Shown here: positions 26,166 to 40,266 of the stretch, in pieces
Layout of the letters: each line of letters starts with the position of its first letter
Position numbering within the stretch: position 1 is the first letter of the stretch
Translations under genes and position numbers: made by a program
Notes under the pieces: generated by a model
Told to the model about the DNA's origin: nothing
Seen by the model: only the letters and a program-made list of their open reading frames with translations
The model's database searches: none
Source: Anaeramoeba ignava BMAN
Lineage: Eukaryota > Protista > Anaeramoebae
Reading direction: 5' to 3'
DNA length: 64,000 nucleotides
Assembly (NCBI GenBank): GCA_028826165.1
Contig: JAPDFW010000103.1
Span: forward strand, 868,001-932,000

Positions 26166-29100
26166 TTAAAATATTTGACATCTATGTCTAACACTATCAT
26201 ATGTTTTTAATTCTTTTTGTGTTTTTGTTGTTAGAGATCTTGAGAAAAGATCTTCTAAAAATAAATTAATTATTGAATTTTGATTTAATTGAAAATATTC
26301 TTTTGCTTCTCTTAATTCTCCAATCATTTCATTTGTAATTTCTTTTGTTTTATCAAATTCATCATGATAAAGAAAATAAATTAATTGATTTATTGTTTCA
26401 AATGATTTTCCTTGAATAATCATGAACTTGATTTGATGAATCTTGAACATTTAAAAACATTCCTTTAAATAATTCACTTCTTATTATTAATATTAATTTA
26501 TGAACTTTAATTTCTTTTTCTTCTGAAATGATTATTTTGAAATCTTTTGTTGATTCATTCTCATATAATTTATGGAAATCTTTCAATATTCCTTTTCTTC
26601 CTTTTTTGGATTCAATCCATTTTGAATCAAATCCCATTTCTTTGAAAATTTGTTCCATTTTTTCTCTTTGTTTCATTTCAATATCACAAATTTCCTTAAT
26701 TTTTGGTTTTAAAACTTTTTCTTGTTGGCTTTTTTTAGAATGTATTGTTGATAATTCAGTTAAATCTTGTATGGTTTTATCAAAATCAATGAATCCAGTA
26801 TAAAGAAAATTCAAAGTAAATTGAACATCTTCTTTTGGCTTTTTTTGACAAATGTTGATAAATTTCTGTAAAATTGATTCATCATTATTGAATCTTGATA
26901 ACAAAATGAGTTTGTTTACTTGAAATTTGCTAAAATCATCTGATTGAATTTGGTAATCTGAAAAATTATCATTTGATTTCAATAATTTATTCAAATCATC
27001 ATTAATTGAGTAAATTGAGGGAAACATTTTGAAACATCTTTTCAAAGTGTTTTCTTCTGTTAGATCAAAAATATTTGCATCATTCATCAATAATATTTTG
27101 ATAGTTTCCTTATTTGAATTACGACTTGCAATTAAAAGAGGTGTATCTCCATAATGTATTTCCTTTTCTTGGACATTCAAACCTTTTTGAATCAAAAATT
27201 CAACAACTTCATATGAATTAGTTGAAGAAGCAAAATGTAAAAGTGTTTCATTTGTTTCGGATTTGAAATTAACATCTAATCCATTTTCAACAAAATATCT
27301 GATAATTTCAAGAGGTTTTTCTTTGCAAACGATTGATAAAAGTGGATTATATAAAGATTTTGTGGAATTTACCAAATGAATTTGTTTTTCAAAAAGATAT
27401 TTGATAATTTCAAATGAAGAATTGCTTTCACAAGCAATTTCCAAAGTTTTCCTAATAGTTTCAAAATTACAATTTGTTTCAAGTTGTTTTTCAACAAGAT
27501 ATTTCAAAATTTCAAATGAATTTGCTCTATTACAAACAAGATAAAAAGGTGTATGTTGATCAAATATGAATCCATTTGCAGCAAGAAATTTAATAATTTG
27601 CAATGTATAATATGTATAACTATTTTGTCCACAAATAAAATGCAATAAACTTTCATCATTTTTTGTTTTAATATTAACATTTGCACCGTTTTCAACAAGG
27701 TATTGAATAACTTGAAATGAAAAATATGTACATTCCAAGCTACAAATATTATGCAAAGATGTACGATTCTCATACGAAAATGAATTAATATCTGCTCCAT
27801 TTTCAACAAGAAATTTGATAATTTTAAATGTATAAGCAGTTTGTGGATTTAATAAACAAAATAAATGTAAAATTGATTGAGAACCTTTTGTTTTTAAATT
27901 GACATCAATCCCTTTTTCAACAAAATATTTGATAATTTCAAATGAATTATTGTTATTGCGGAAAGCAAAATGAAGAGGAGTTTGATTTTGTTGTGATTTA
28001 GTATTGAAATCAAATCCTTTTTCAATAAAATATTTGATAACTTTTAGAGAGTTTTTCTGGCAAGCAAAATGAAAAGGAGTTTCATTTTGTTTTGTATTTG
28101 CATTAATATCAGCTCCTTTTTCAACAAGATATTTAATTACTTCCAATGAATTTTGTTGACAAGCAAAATGAAAAGGAGTTTCATTATTATTTGCTTTTGC
28201 ATTAATATCAGTTCCTTTTTCAACAAGATATTTAATTATTTCAAATGAATTTTGTTGGCAAGCAAAATGAAGAGGTGTTTCATTTTGATTTGTAATTGCA
28301 TTAATATAAGTTCCTTTTTCAACAAGATATTTAATTATTTCAAATGAATTTTGTTGACAAGCAAAATGAAGAGGAGTTTCATTCTGTTCGGTTTTTGCAT
28401 TAAAATCAGCTCCTTTTTCAATAAGATGTTTTATTATTTCAAATGAATTTTTTTCATTTTGAAAAACTGAAAGCAAAGGAGAAATGTGTAAAAGTGTTTT
28501 TGCATTAATATCAGCTCCTTTTTCAACAAGATATTTAATTACTTCCAATGAATTTTGTTGACAAGCAAAATGAAGAGGTGTTTCATTTTGATTTGTAATT
28601 GCATTAATATAAGCTCCTTTTCCAATAAAATATTTGATAAATTCAAGAGGATGGTTGCGGCAAACTAAATGTAAAGGAGTGAAATTTAGAAAGTTTCGAG
28701 AATTAATATCAGCACCATTTCTAACAAAAAATTCAATAACTTCAAGTGGACTTTGTCTTTGACAAACTAAATGGAAAGGAGTGTTTATAAATTCAGTTTT
28801 TAAATTGATATCAAAACCTTGATCAATAAAATATTGAAGGAAATGAATAGAAACTTGGGTTCTTTCACAGATATAATGGAGTGGAGTTTTTCCATGACTT
28901 GTTTTTGCATTAATATCAGCTCCATTTTCAATAAGAAATTTAATTATTTCAAAAGAATTTTGTTGACAAGCAAAATGAAGAGGAGTTTCATTTTGTTTTG
29001 CTTTTGCATTAATATCAATTCCTTTTTCAATGAAAAAACTAATAACTTCAGGTGAATTACTCCAACAAACAAAATGGAAAGGAGTTTCTTTGTTATTTGT

Positions 29101-29793
29101 TAGTGAATTTATATTTGCTCCATTTTCAATCATGAAGTTAATAATTGGAATGTCTATTTTGTGTTTGCAAAGTTGATGAAAAGGAGTTGTGTAATTTTTA
29201 TCATAAATATTCACATAAGCTCCTTTGGAAATGAGAAATTTGATGATATTAATTGAATTAAATTGACAAGCAACATGAATAGGAGTTGAAGTTCCTTGAA
29301 AAGTGTGATTAATATTTGCTCCATTTTGCAAAAGAATTTTTACAGTTTCAAGATTTTGATCATTTTGACAAGCAATATGAATAGGAGAATGATGATTGAT
29401 ATTCATAAAATTAACATCAATTCCTTTTTCAATTAATAAATTTACAACTTTCTTTTGTTTCTTATCTTTTAAATAAGATATTGCATAATGAAGAAAAGTA
29501 TTTTGTTTGTTATCAATAGATTTAATTTCAATTCCATTTTCAATTAAAAATTCAATTATTTTAAATTTTGAATTATTTAAAATTGCTAAATGAAGTGAAT
29601 TTTTTCCTTCTCGATCAAATGAATTTGGATCAATTCCTTTTTCAATAAGAATTTTTATAATTTTAAATTTTGTTTTTTTTTCTATTGCATAATTTAAAAT
29701 TGGTTTTAAATTTTGTTCTAATTCTCTAAAAGATAAAAAATTATTTAAGAAATATTGATAATTATTTTGTTTAATTGCGATAAAAGAATTCAT
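26166..29793 (-). CDS. Intronless ankyrin-repeat (~25 repeats) - BTB - BTB protein (1-nt frameshift at ~26413, probably an assembly error)
   Basis: 1131-aa ORF plus a tail in another frame. TTATTCAAGGAAAATC here versus TTATTCAGGAAAATC in the paralog at about 16127. Confidence 0.92.
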
Positions 29794-29986
29794 TTAAAAA
29801 TAAAAAGAAAAAAAATGAAAAAAAAAAGAAGAAAAAATTTTATTTTGATTTTTTTCTCCTTTTTTTTTTTTTTTCAAACATTATTTAAGAAAAAAAAAAA
29901 ATTTAAAAAAGTTTTTTTTTCATTTTTTTTATTTCATTTTTTTCTTTTATTTTTTTCTTTTTTATTATTATTATTAAAAAAAAAAA

Positions 29987-31873
29987 ATGGATAATTTAAA
30001 TCAATTTGATTGTGTTGTTACAAATTTTCAAACAAATGAACAAGGATTAACAGTTTATGTTTCTTCAGGAGATAATGCAGGAACAGTAACAATTTCTGAA
30101 GAAATTAGAGAAAGATTTTTAAAATTTGTACAAGAAGGAGTACAATTACGAACATTATTAGATACATCAAAAAAGTAAAAAAACAAAAAACAAAAACAAA
30201 AACAAAAACAAATTTAAAAACAAAAACAAAAACAAAAAACAAAAACAAAAACAAATTTAACGAATTAATTTTAATTTTATAAATTTTAATTTTAATTTTA
30301 ATTTTATAAATGAATTTTTAATTTTAATTATTTTAATTTTATTTTAATTTTAATTTTATAATTAAGTCCACTTGAAATCGTTGATTTTCAATTTCTTGAT
30401 CCACAAATTCAACAACAATATGAACAACAAATTCAACAACAATATCCAGAACAACAACAACAACAACAACCACAACAACAACAACAACAACAACCACAAC
30501 AACAATATCAACAACAGCAACAATATCAAGAACAAAGTGAAGATATAGATGGACATGTTACTCCTTTTAAAAGTATTAATCCAATTGACCAAAACTTTCT
30601 TATTAAAGCAAGAATAATTTCTAAATCAGAGATTGGCACTTTTTCAAATACTACAAGAGAAGGTAGAATGTGTTCAATTAATTTAATTGATGAAGAAGGA
30701 TCTGAAATGAAAGCAACAATGTTTGATGATAGTATTGATAAATTTTATGAACAAATCGAAGAAGATTCTGTTTATTATATCAAAAACGGCAAAATGAAAA
30801 TTAATAACTCACCAGTTCAAACAACAATTTTCCAAATGACTTTCTCAAACAGAACCGTTATGCAAAAATGTGAAGATGATGGTTCAATTCCCAAAATGAC
30901 ATTCTCATTCACACCAATAGGCAAAATCAAAGAACTAAAATCACAAACACTTGTAGATATAATTGGAATTTTAATTGAAATGGGGAATTTGGAAAATTTA
31001 ACAACAAAAGATGGAAGAGCAGTAGCCAAAAGAAGATTAGTGCTTATTGACCAAACATCAAAAATTGAAGTTACTTTATGGAAAAAATCAGCAGAAAAAG
31101 TAGAGGATTTAATTCGTCAACATCAAACACCAAATGCACCAAATGTTATAGCAATTAAAAGAGGAAAAGTAGCAGAATTTAATGGAAAATATATTAATAT
31201 CAACGATTTATCACAAATTTTTTGGATGCCAAATTGTCCTGAAGCAAAAAAATTAATACAAGATTCAATGCAAATTCACAATCAAAAAGATCAAATGGAA
31301 TCTCTTTCAGGAGGAGAATTTAATTGGTATTCACACAAAAGAATATTAATTTCAGACATTCCAAACGTTGGAAAAGGAAAAACAGAATCAGAAACAGTTA
31401 TAATTTCTGGTGTTTTAGCTCATGTTCAACATAAAAATATCGACCGTTTATTTTATCCATCTTGTATTAACAAGAATTGCAATAAAAAAGTTCAAGAAAG
31501 AGAAGGTGGTTGGTATTGTCCTAAATGCAACCAAATTTATCCCAAATGTGGTTATCGTTTTATGTCTTCTGTTTGTATTAATGATTTTTCTGATTCTTAT
31601 TGGTGCACTATTTTTGATAATCAAGCTCAAAAAATTTTTATGACAACTGCTGAAAAAATGAGAGAACTTATTCTTAATTCTTCTCAATTAGAAATTCAAA
31701 AATATTTCGAAAAATTTTCTTTCCAAAAATTTCTTTTTAGAATTCAACTCAAATCTGATTTTTATCAAGATGAAGAAAAAATTAAAGCTACAATTACTGG
31801 TTCTTGTCCTTTAAATGAAATGTTAATTGATGAATCAAAATATTTGATTGAGAATATTAAAAAAAGAGTTTAA
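29987..31873 (+). CDS. RPA1: Replication protein A 70 kDa subunit, 2 exons
   Basis: Exon 1 29987-30174, intron to AG at 30365-30366. OB folds IKARIISKSEI, LIDEEGSEMKATMF and VDIIGI..IEVTLW. Zn finger YPSCINKNCNKKV..WYCPKC. Confidence 0.92.
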
Positions 31874-32019
31874 AAAACAAAAACAACAAATTCAATTTCA
31901 ATTTCTTTTTTTTTTGAATGAAAAATTGATCAAAAAAAAAAATAAAAAAATTAAAAACTTTCTCACAAAATTGTCCAAATATTAATTTCTTAAATATTTC
32001 TAATTGCAAACAAATAACA

Positions 32020-32805
32020 GATAAAGGATTAAAATATTTTATTAATAATTCTTTATTTAAAATAATATAAAATTAATAAAATATTTTTATTAATTTATTT
32101 CAAATATGGAATAAAGAATATTAAATAATTAAATTTAAAATTAATTCTATTTTATATATTTTATTAATATTTCTTTATTTAAAATAATATAAAATTATTC
32201 CCAATAATTTAATAAAATTAATAAAATATTTTAATTAATTTATTTCAAAAATGGAATAAAGAATATTAAATAATTAAATTTAAATTAATTTTATTTTATA
32301 TATTTTATTAATATTTCTTTATTTAAAATAATATAAAATTATTCCCAATAATTTAATAAAATTAATAAAATATTTTAATTAATTTATTTCAAATATGGAA
32401 TAAAGAATATTAAATAATTTAATTTAAAATTAATTTTATTTTTTATATATTTTATTAATATTTCTTTATTTAAAATAATATAAAAACAATTCTCAATAAT
32501 TTAATAAAATTAATAAAATATTTTTATTAATTTATTTCAAATATGGAATAAAAGAATATTAAATAATTAAATTTAAAATTAATTCTATTTCATATATTTT
32601 ATTAATAATTTCTTTATTTAAAATAATATAAAATTATTCTCAATAATTTAATAAAATTAATAAAATATTTTCATTAATTTATTTCAAAAATGGAATAAAG
32701 AATATTAAATAATTAAATTTAGAATTAATTATATTTTTATATATTTTATTAATATTTCTTTATTTAAAATAATATAAAACAATTCTCAATAATTTAATAA
32801 AATTG
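32020..32805. repeat. AT-rich ~146-bp tandem array downstream of BTB-TLDc copy 2
   Basis: ATGGAATAAAGAATATT landmark at about 32106, 32251, 32395, 32543 and 32690. Confidence 0.9.
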
Positions 32806-33439
32806 AGAAGAAAATTTAAATATTTTAATAAATATATATATTTAATTTTAATAATATTTAATAATAATTTAATTTAGATTTATTTTATTTTAATTTAATA
32901 TAATATTTTTAATTATTATATTAATATTTTTGATTATTTATTATTCCAATTTTAATTATAATAAAATATATTAAAAATAAAATTAAAAAATTAAAAAATT
33001 TTAAATAAATTGAATTTAACATGATTGAATAAGATAAACTTTCTAAAAAAATAATTTACTAATTATTCTATTTTTGATTTTTGATTATAATTTATTAATA
33101 TTTAAATATTAATTAATAATAAATTTTATTTGATTTTTTTTATTTTAATATTTTAATTAATGAATTTAAATTTAATTATTATTAATTTCTATTTTCAATT
33201 TTTATTTTTATTTATTATACTAAAAATATTCAATTTTTAAAATTTATTTTTTTTGGATTATTTTTATTAATTAAATTTTTAATAAATATTTTAAATTAAA
33301 ATTATTTAAAATTAAATTTGTTTCTTATTTATTATTTTAAAGAAATTAATTTGATTAAAAGTAAATTAAAATTGAATTAAATTTTGAAAAAAAAAAATTA
33401 AAAAAAAAAAGTTTGATTTTCTTATTAATTAATTAATTT

Positions 33440-35225
33440 TTAAATGAAATAAGATTCAACTTCATCAACAACCCATGATTTATAAGAACCAGCTAAATAA
33501 CTTCTAGCTTCATTTGTTCCTTCTTGAATTCCATTAGGTAGATTATAACTATAACCAAAATTTGAATCACCAGGTTGTAAATTAGTATTTAAATAAAAAT
33601 CAGTTCCATTACCAAATAATGGACCAAGATCGTTAAAGCGAGAATAAATTGCATATTGAGGTTCTTTACAAGTAAACTTTGCAGGTATTCTATCTCCTTT
33701 ATCATTTCTTAATGAAAAAATAAATGCATTTGAATCATTACTAAATTCTCCACCTGTTGAATATTTAAATCCAACTTGAGTAAAACCTCCAAAAATAAAA
33801 TTATCTTTTGTTTTGATAATAACTAATGTTTTTCCTTTCCCATCAACTGCTTTATGCCAATTTTGAGAATTAAATCCATCTCTTTTTGCTGAAAATCCTT
33901 TTTTCATTTTAGAAAAAAAATCATTATCATTTATCCATTCTTGTAATTTCTTAACATATTCAATATCTTTAATAATTCTTGAATCTGAAAATTGAGGAAA
34001 ATTCTTTTTAATTGATTCCAATTTCTTTTCGAATTCCTTTTTCAACTCAAGTTTCTTTTGATATTTAGTGAATAATTTATCAAAAATTAGGTTTCATTTT
34101 CTCATTTTCATTTTCATTTTTCAATTTCTCTTCCAATTCCATTTTCATTTTCTCGTTTGAAATTTTCAAAAATTCAACTTCTTTTTTTGATTTCTCTTCT
34201 AATTCAATTTTCATTTTCTCGTTTGAAATTTTCAAAAATTCAACTTCTTTTTTCAATTTCTCTTCCAATTCAATTTTCAATTTATCTTCAAGTTCTTTGT
34301 TTTTCGTATCAACTTCTTTTTCAATTTATCTTCAATTTGAATTTTCGTTTCTTCAATTTCTTTATCTTTGTCTTGAAAAAGTTGAGTTTGAAGATCAATT
34401 AAAAAATAATTTGGAAGAAAAATATCAAATTGTTTTAATTTATCAAAATCTTGTTTTGAAATTGAATCTTTATCAAATAATGAAAAAAAAGAATGAAATA
34501 ATCTTTTCTTTTGCATTCATTTTGTGTTTATATTTCCTTAATTTTAATGAATTAACTCTTTTTTCAATCCAATTATCCAAAAATTGAAAAAAATCAAATT
34601 GAAAAATTTCTTTTTTTTCTTGTTTAAATTGAATAAATTTGATAATTTCTTCTTTAGTTAAATTGAATAAATTTTCATTATTTTGAATTTGGGAAAAATT
34701 TTGATTTATTAATTCAAAACATTTTATTTCAATTTCATTTGAATTTAAATTTCGATTTTGGAATAAAAATTGGAAAAAATTTGAATAATTAATTGAATTT
34801 GAAATTTTTTTTTGAATAATTTCTTTCAATAAATTTAATTTAAAATAAATTGAAATTTCCAATAATTGAATAAGATTTTCTTGATTCTCAAAAGAAATAT
34901 TTCCATAATAAATATAACTCAAAATTGATTCCATTTCTCTTTTATTAAATTGTCTTAAAAAAATCTTATTAATCTGATCTCTATCTCTTAAAAACTCATT
35001 AAAAAAAGGAGATCTTGAAGATAAAATTGATTTATGAACTTTAATTTCAAAAGTATTTGGTTCTTTCTCAACAAAAATTGAAAAATCTTTAAATGAATTT
35101 CCATTTAAAAGGTTTGAATAATCTTTAATTAAATTTTTTGTTACTTTTTTTTCTAAATTTTTCATTTCATTTTCATTTTCATTTTGATTTGCATTTTCAA
35201 TTTGGTTATTATTATTATTATCCAT
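33440..35225 (-). CDS. BTB/POZ - coiled-coil - TLDc domain protein, copy 2 (frameshifted in this assembly)
   Basis: Near-identical BTB half to 3022-4014. Complete TLDc in ORF 33440-34045. Frame breaks at about 34510, 34280 and 34085. Confidence 0.85.
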
Positions 35226-35654
35226 TTTGTTTTTTGTTTTTGTTTTTGTTTTTGTTTTTGTTTTTTGTTTTATTGTGTTTAAAAAAAAAGGAAAAAAATG
35301 AAAAAAATGAAAAAAAAAAATTTAAATAAAAAAAATGAATAAAAAAAGTGGATTTTGAAAATAAATAAAAATATAAAAAATAAGAATAAATTTAAATTAA
35401 TAATTAATTTAATTTTCTTTTTAATTTATTATTTTAAATTAATTTATTAATAAATTATTATTATTTTTTATTAATTTTTATTATTAAAAAAAAAGGAAAA
35501 TTATTTTAATTTAATTTTTAATTTAATTTTTTTTTGGAATTTAAAAATTATTAATAAATTTAAATTTAAAAACAAATTTTCAAATTAATATTAATTCAAT
35601 TTAATTCAAAAAAAAGATAAAATTTTAATTTCAAAAATCAATTTTCAAAATATT

Positions 35655-36650
35655 TTTAAATAATAAAATATTTAAATCTAAAACATTAAATTATTATTTT
35701 AATAATAAAATTAAATATTAAATTATATTTTTAAATTAATTTATAAATTAAATATTAAATTAAATCTATTCTTTATTTTTATATTTATATGTTAAATATT
35801 TAAACAATAAAATATTTAAATCTAAAACATTAAATTATTATTTTAATAATAAAATTAAATATTAAATTATATTTTTAAATTAATTTATAAATTAAATATT
35901 AAATTAAACTTATTCTTATTTTTATATTTTTATGTTAAATATTTAAATAATAAAATATTTAAATCTAAAACATTAAATTATTATTTTAATAATAAAATTA
36001 AGTATTAAATTATATTTTTAAATTAATTTATAAATTAAATATTAAATTAAATCTATTCTTATTTTTATATTTTTATGTTTAATATTTAAATAATAAAATA
36101 TTTAAATCTAAAACATTAAATTATTATTTTAATAATAAAATTAAGTATTAAATTATATTTTTAAATTAATTTATAAATTAAATATTAAATCAAATCTATT
36201 CTTATTTTTTTATATTTTATGTTTAATATTTAAATAATAAAATATTTAAATCTAAAACATTAAATTATTATTTTAATAATAAAATTAAGTATTAAATTAT
36301 ATTTTTAAATTAATTTATAAATTAAATATTAAATCAAATCTATTCTTATTTTTTTATATTTTATGTTTAATATTTAAATAATAAAATATTTAAATCTAAA
36401 ACATTAAATTATTATTTTAATAATAAAAATTAAGTATTAAATTATATTTTTAAATTAATTTATTAAATTAAATATTAAATTAAATCTATTTCCATTTTTT
36501 ATATTTATATGTTAAATATTTAAATAATAAAATATTTAAATCTAAAACATTAAATTATTATTTTTAAACATAAAATTAAATATTAAATTATATTTCTAAA
36601 TTAATTTATAAATTAAATATTAAATTAAATCTATTCTTATTTTTTATATT
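35655..36650. repeat. AT-rich ~121-bp tandem array (about 8 units) upstream of BTB-TLDc copy 2
   Basis: AAATCTAAAACATTAAATTATT recurs about every 120 bp. Reverse complement of the 2061-2645 unit. Confidence 0.9.
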
Positions 36651-36719
36651 TAATAATTAAAAAAAAATTTAAAAAAAAAATTAAGTATATAAATAATATA
36701 AAAAAATATTTTTAATTTT

Positions 36720-37088
36720 GGTGTCGTACTCTTAGGGTAATTTTTATCAATTTAAAAACAAAAAAAAAAAAATTTTTTAATTTAAATTTTTAAGTTCAAT
36801 TCCAATTATATTCATTTAATTTTTAATTATTTTAATTTTAAAATTTTAAATAAAAATTAGATCAATTCTATAGTACTTCATTTATCACCATTTCTAAAAG
36901 GTTGACAATATTCTTCAACTGCGATGAGGAATTAAAGTGAGCATTCTTTTAGCGTGAGGGAATCAATTATAAAATTATTATGGGTTTCAATCCTTTTATT
37001 AATAATTTTATAATTTGGTCGATGATCCATTTCTTTATTTAATTAAATAAATAAAGGAAAGGAATGTCTCACATTCTGAACGGTTGAA
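36720..37088 (+). ncRNA. U3: U3 snoRNA interrupted by a 124-nt GT-AG intron (36737-36860)
   Basis: Spliced 5' end GTGTCGTACTCTTAGG|ATCAATTCTATAG matches U3 boxes A'/A. Box C' GATGAGG 36923, box B AGCGTGA 36951, box C CGATGA 37020, box D CTGA 37076. Terminal stem TTCAACTG/CGGTTGAA, internal stems, and a downstream T-run. Confidence 0.85.
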
Positions 37089-37129
37089 TTCTTTTTTTTT
37101 TTTTCCTTTTTTTTTAATCCAAATCAATT

Positions 37130-37790
37130 CAAACCCAATTCAATTCAATATTCAATTCAATTCAATATTCAATATTCAATTCAATATTTAATATTCAATT
37201 CAATATTTAATATTTAATTCAATATTCAATTCAATTCAATATTCAATATTCAATTCAATATTCAATATTCAATTCAATATTTAATATTCAATTCAATATT
37301 TAATATTCAATTCAATATTTAATATTCAATTCAATATTTAATATTCAATCCAATTCAATATCCAATTCAATTCAATTCAATATTTAATATTTAATATTCA
37401 ATATTCAATTCAATTCAATATTCAATATTCAATATTCAATTCAATTCAATTCAATTCAATTCAATTCAATTTTTAATTTAATTCTATATTCAATTTAATT
37501 CAATATTTAATATTTAATATTCAATATTCAATTTAATATTTAATTTAATTCAATTCAATATTCAATATTCAATATTCAATTCAATTCAATTCAATATTCA
37601 ATTCAATTCAATATTTAATTCAATATCCAATTCAATTCAATATTTAATTCAATATCCAATTCAATTCAATATTTAATATTCAATTCAATATTCAATTCAA
37701 TATTCAATATTCAATATTCAATTCAATTCAATTCAATATCCAATTCAATTCAATTAATTTCCAAATTACAATTCAATTCATTCAATATTT
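37130..37790. repeat. (AATTC)/(AATATTC) microsatellite
   Basis: Direct reading. Confidence 0.9.
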
Positions 37791-37836
37791 CAAAATTATA
37801 TTTTTATTTTTTTTTTTTCATTTTTTTCTTTTCAAA

Positions 37837-40197
37837 ATGGATCCTCAAATTGAAAAATTAGTTTCTTTTGTAAAACCACAAAAAATTATTCTTTCAAATG
37901 TTAATAAACAAGAATTTAAAGGAGAAAATCTATTTAAACAAATCCCAAATGAAGGTAGAGTAAATCAAATTAAATTAAAAATCAAAAATTAAAAATTAAA
38001 AACATTTTTTTAAAAGTTATTATAAATATTTTTAAGCAAATTAATCACCCTTATTATTTTATCCTTTGTTCTTCTGTTAATCATCAATTTTATGAAATTT
38101 CTAATGATTGGGAAATATGGTTTCATTTTATAACGCAAAATATAAATATTTTAAATTTCATTTTTATTTCCTTAAATGAAAATGATAGACAAAAATGTGA
38201 TAATAGATTAAATTTAGTTGAAATTTTAGAAAATTTACCAGAAATAAATGAATTAATTGAATTAAAACAACCTGATGAAAAAACAATTGAAAATTTATTT
38301 GAATTATATAATCAATTTAAAAATCAATTTAAAAATGAATTTAAAAATGAAAATCAATCCAAAAATGAATTTAAAAATGAAAATCAATTTAAAAATGAAT
38401 TTGAAAATCAATCCAAAAATGAAAATCAATTTAAAAATGAAAATGAATTTGAAAATGAATTTGAAAATCAATTTGAAAATGAAAATCAATTCGAAAATGA
38501 AAATCAATTTGAAAATCAATTTAAAAATGAAAATCAATCCAAAAATGAATTTAAAAATGAAAATAAATTTGAAAATGAATTTGAAAATGAAAATCAATTT
38601 AAAAATGAATTTAAAAATGAAAATGAATTTAAAAATGAATTTAAAAATGAAAATCAATTTAAAAATGAAAATCAATTTAAAAATCAATTTAAAAATAAAA
38701 ATCAATTTAAAAATCAATTTAAAAATGAATTTAAAAATAAAAATCAATTTAAAAATCAATCCAAAAATGAATTTGAAAATGAAAATCAATTTGAAAATCA
38801 ATTTAAAAATGAATTTAAAAATGAAAATCAATTTAAAAATGAATTTGAAAATGAAAATCAATTTAAAAATGAATTTGAAAATGAAAACCAATTTAAAAAT
38901 CAATTTGAAAATGAAAATCAATTTAAAAATGAAAATCAATTTAAAAATCAATTTAGAAATAAAAATGAAAATCAATTTAAAAATGAAAATCAATTTGAAA
39001 ACGAATTTGAAAATGAAAATCAATTTAAAAATGAATTTGAAAATGAAAATCAATTTAAAAATGAATTTAAAAATGAAAATCAATTTAAAAATGAATTTAA
39101 AAATGAAAATCAATTTAAAAATGAATTTAAAAATGAAAATCAATCCAAAAATGAAAATGAATTTAAAAATGAAAATCAATTTAAAAATGAATTTGAATTT
39201 GAAAATGAATTTGAATTTGGAAATCAATTCGAAAAATATAATAAATCCTTTTATCAAATAGCACACTTAATTAGAAATTTCCCCAAATCATTCGTTCAAA
39301 GACAAATTAAATCAGCAACAAAAATTTGGAATTCTGAAAAAAAGAAAATTGAATATCAAAATATGCAAAACAAAATTCGATCAATTAAACAACGCTTTTA
39401 TCCAAGAATTTTAAATTTTATCACAGTTTTACTCCTTTTTCCAATTTTCTTCTTGTTTCTCTATTTCAAAATAACAGCAAAAATCAATTTTCAATGGTCA
39501 ACTATTTTATTCCCATTTTTATCTGGATTTTTAATAATAACTTATGAAAATTTCTTTGAATTTTGGCTTACTTTTTATTTCCTTTCACAAAATTATTGGA
39601 GTACAAGAACCAGAAACTCGTTCATTTCCTTAATTTTTTTCGATATTTTTTTATACACTTTATTTACAAAAACTCAAAAATAATCCAGAAATTGAAAATA
39701 TTTCTTTCTCAATTCTTTTGCTGATTTTATTGATTCAAATTTGTTCTGAAATATATTTTCTAGCCAAGATTTATCATATTATCAAACCAATGATGATTTT
39801 TTCGTTTGCAAATCTTTATTTTCGAGGATTTTCCTTTCTGGCTTATTTGCTCAATTTAGTTATTCAAATTTTTATTGTTGTTTTTTTTGCTTCTCTTAAA
39901 TTTGATTTTTCTGTTGATATTAATTGGAATGTTTGCTTTATTTTTCCTTTGATTATTTGCTTTTCATTTTTTGTTCTTCTTTTATTTGGATCAATTTTGC
40001 GAGTTTTAAGAATAAGAATGATAAGTTTTGATTATTTTAAAGGAAATCTGACATATTTCGTTGTTTCAAGTTTTTTCGCATATATTGAATATTTGTTTAT
40101 ATCACATTATGTTTTGGGAAAAGAACATCGTTGGAATTTGATTTTTATACCAATTTTAATTTTCGGTTTTATATCTTCAATTGGGCCTTTATTATAA
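37837..40197 (+). CDS. F-box protein with N/E/K/F low-complexity insert and multi-pass C-terminal membrane region (TMEM185/TMEM60-like repeats)
   Basis: Spliced LFKQIPNE|VIINIFKQINHPYYFILCSSVNHQFYEISNDWEIW is F-box-like. TM motifs KINFQWSTILFPF, LKFDFSVDINWNVCFIFP and HRWNLIFIPIL. Several frameshifts in the repeat region and near 39680. Confidence 0.6.
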
Positions 40198-40266
40198 AAA
40201 AAAATAAAAACGAAAAAATCATTTGCTTTTTTTTTTTATTATTAAAATTTTTTTTGCTTTTTTTTT

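Noticed and set aside
26398-26450. Frameshifts in ANK-BTB, calponin, kinase, Nudix copy 2 and BTB-TLDc as programmed frameshifting or RNA editing
   Set aside because: Most are single-base indels in or near homopolymers, typical of long-read assembly error. BTB-TLDc pseudogenisation cannot be excluded without reads.
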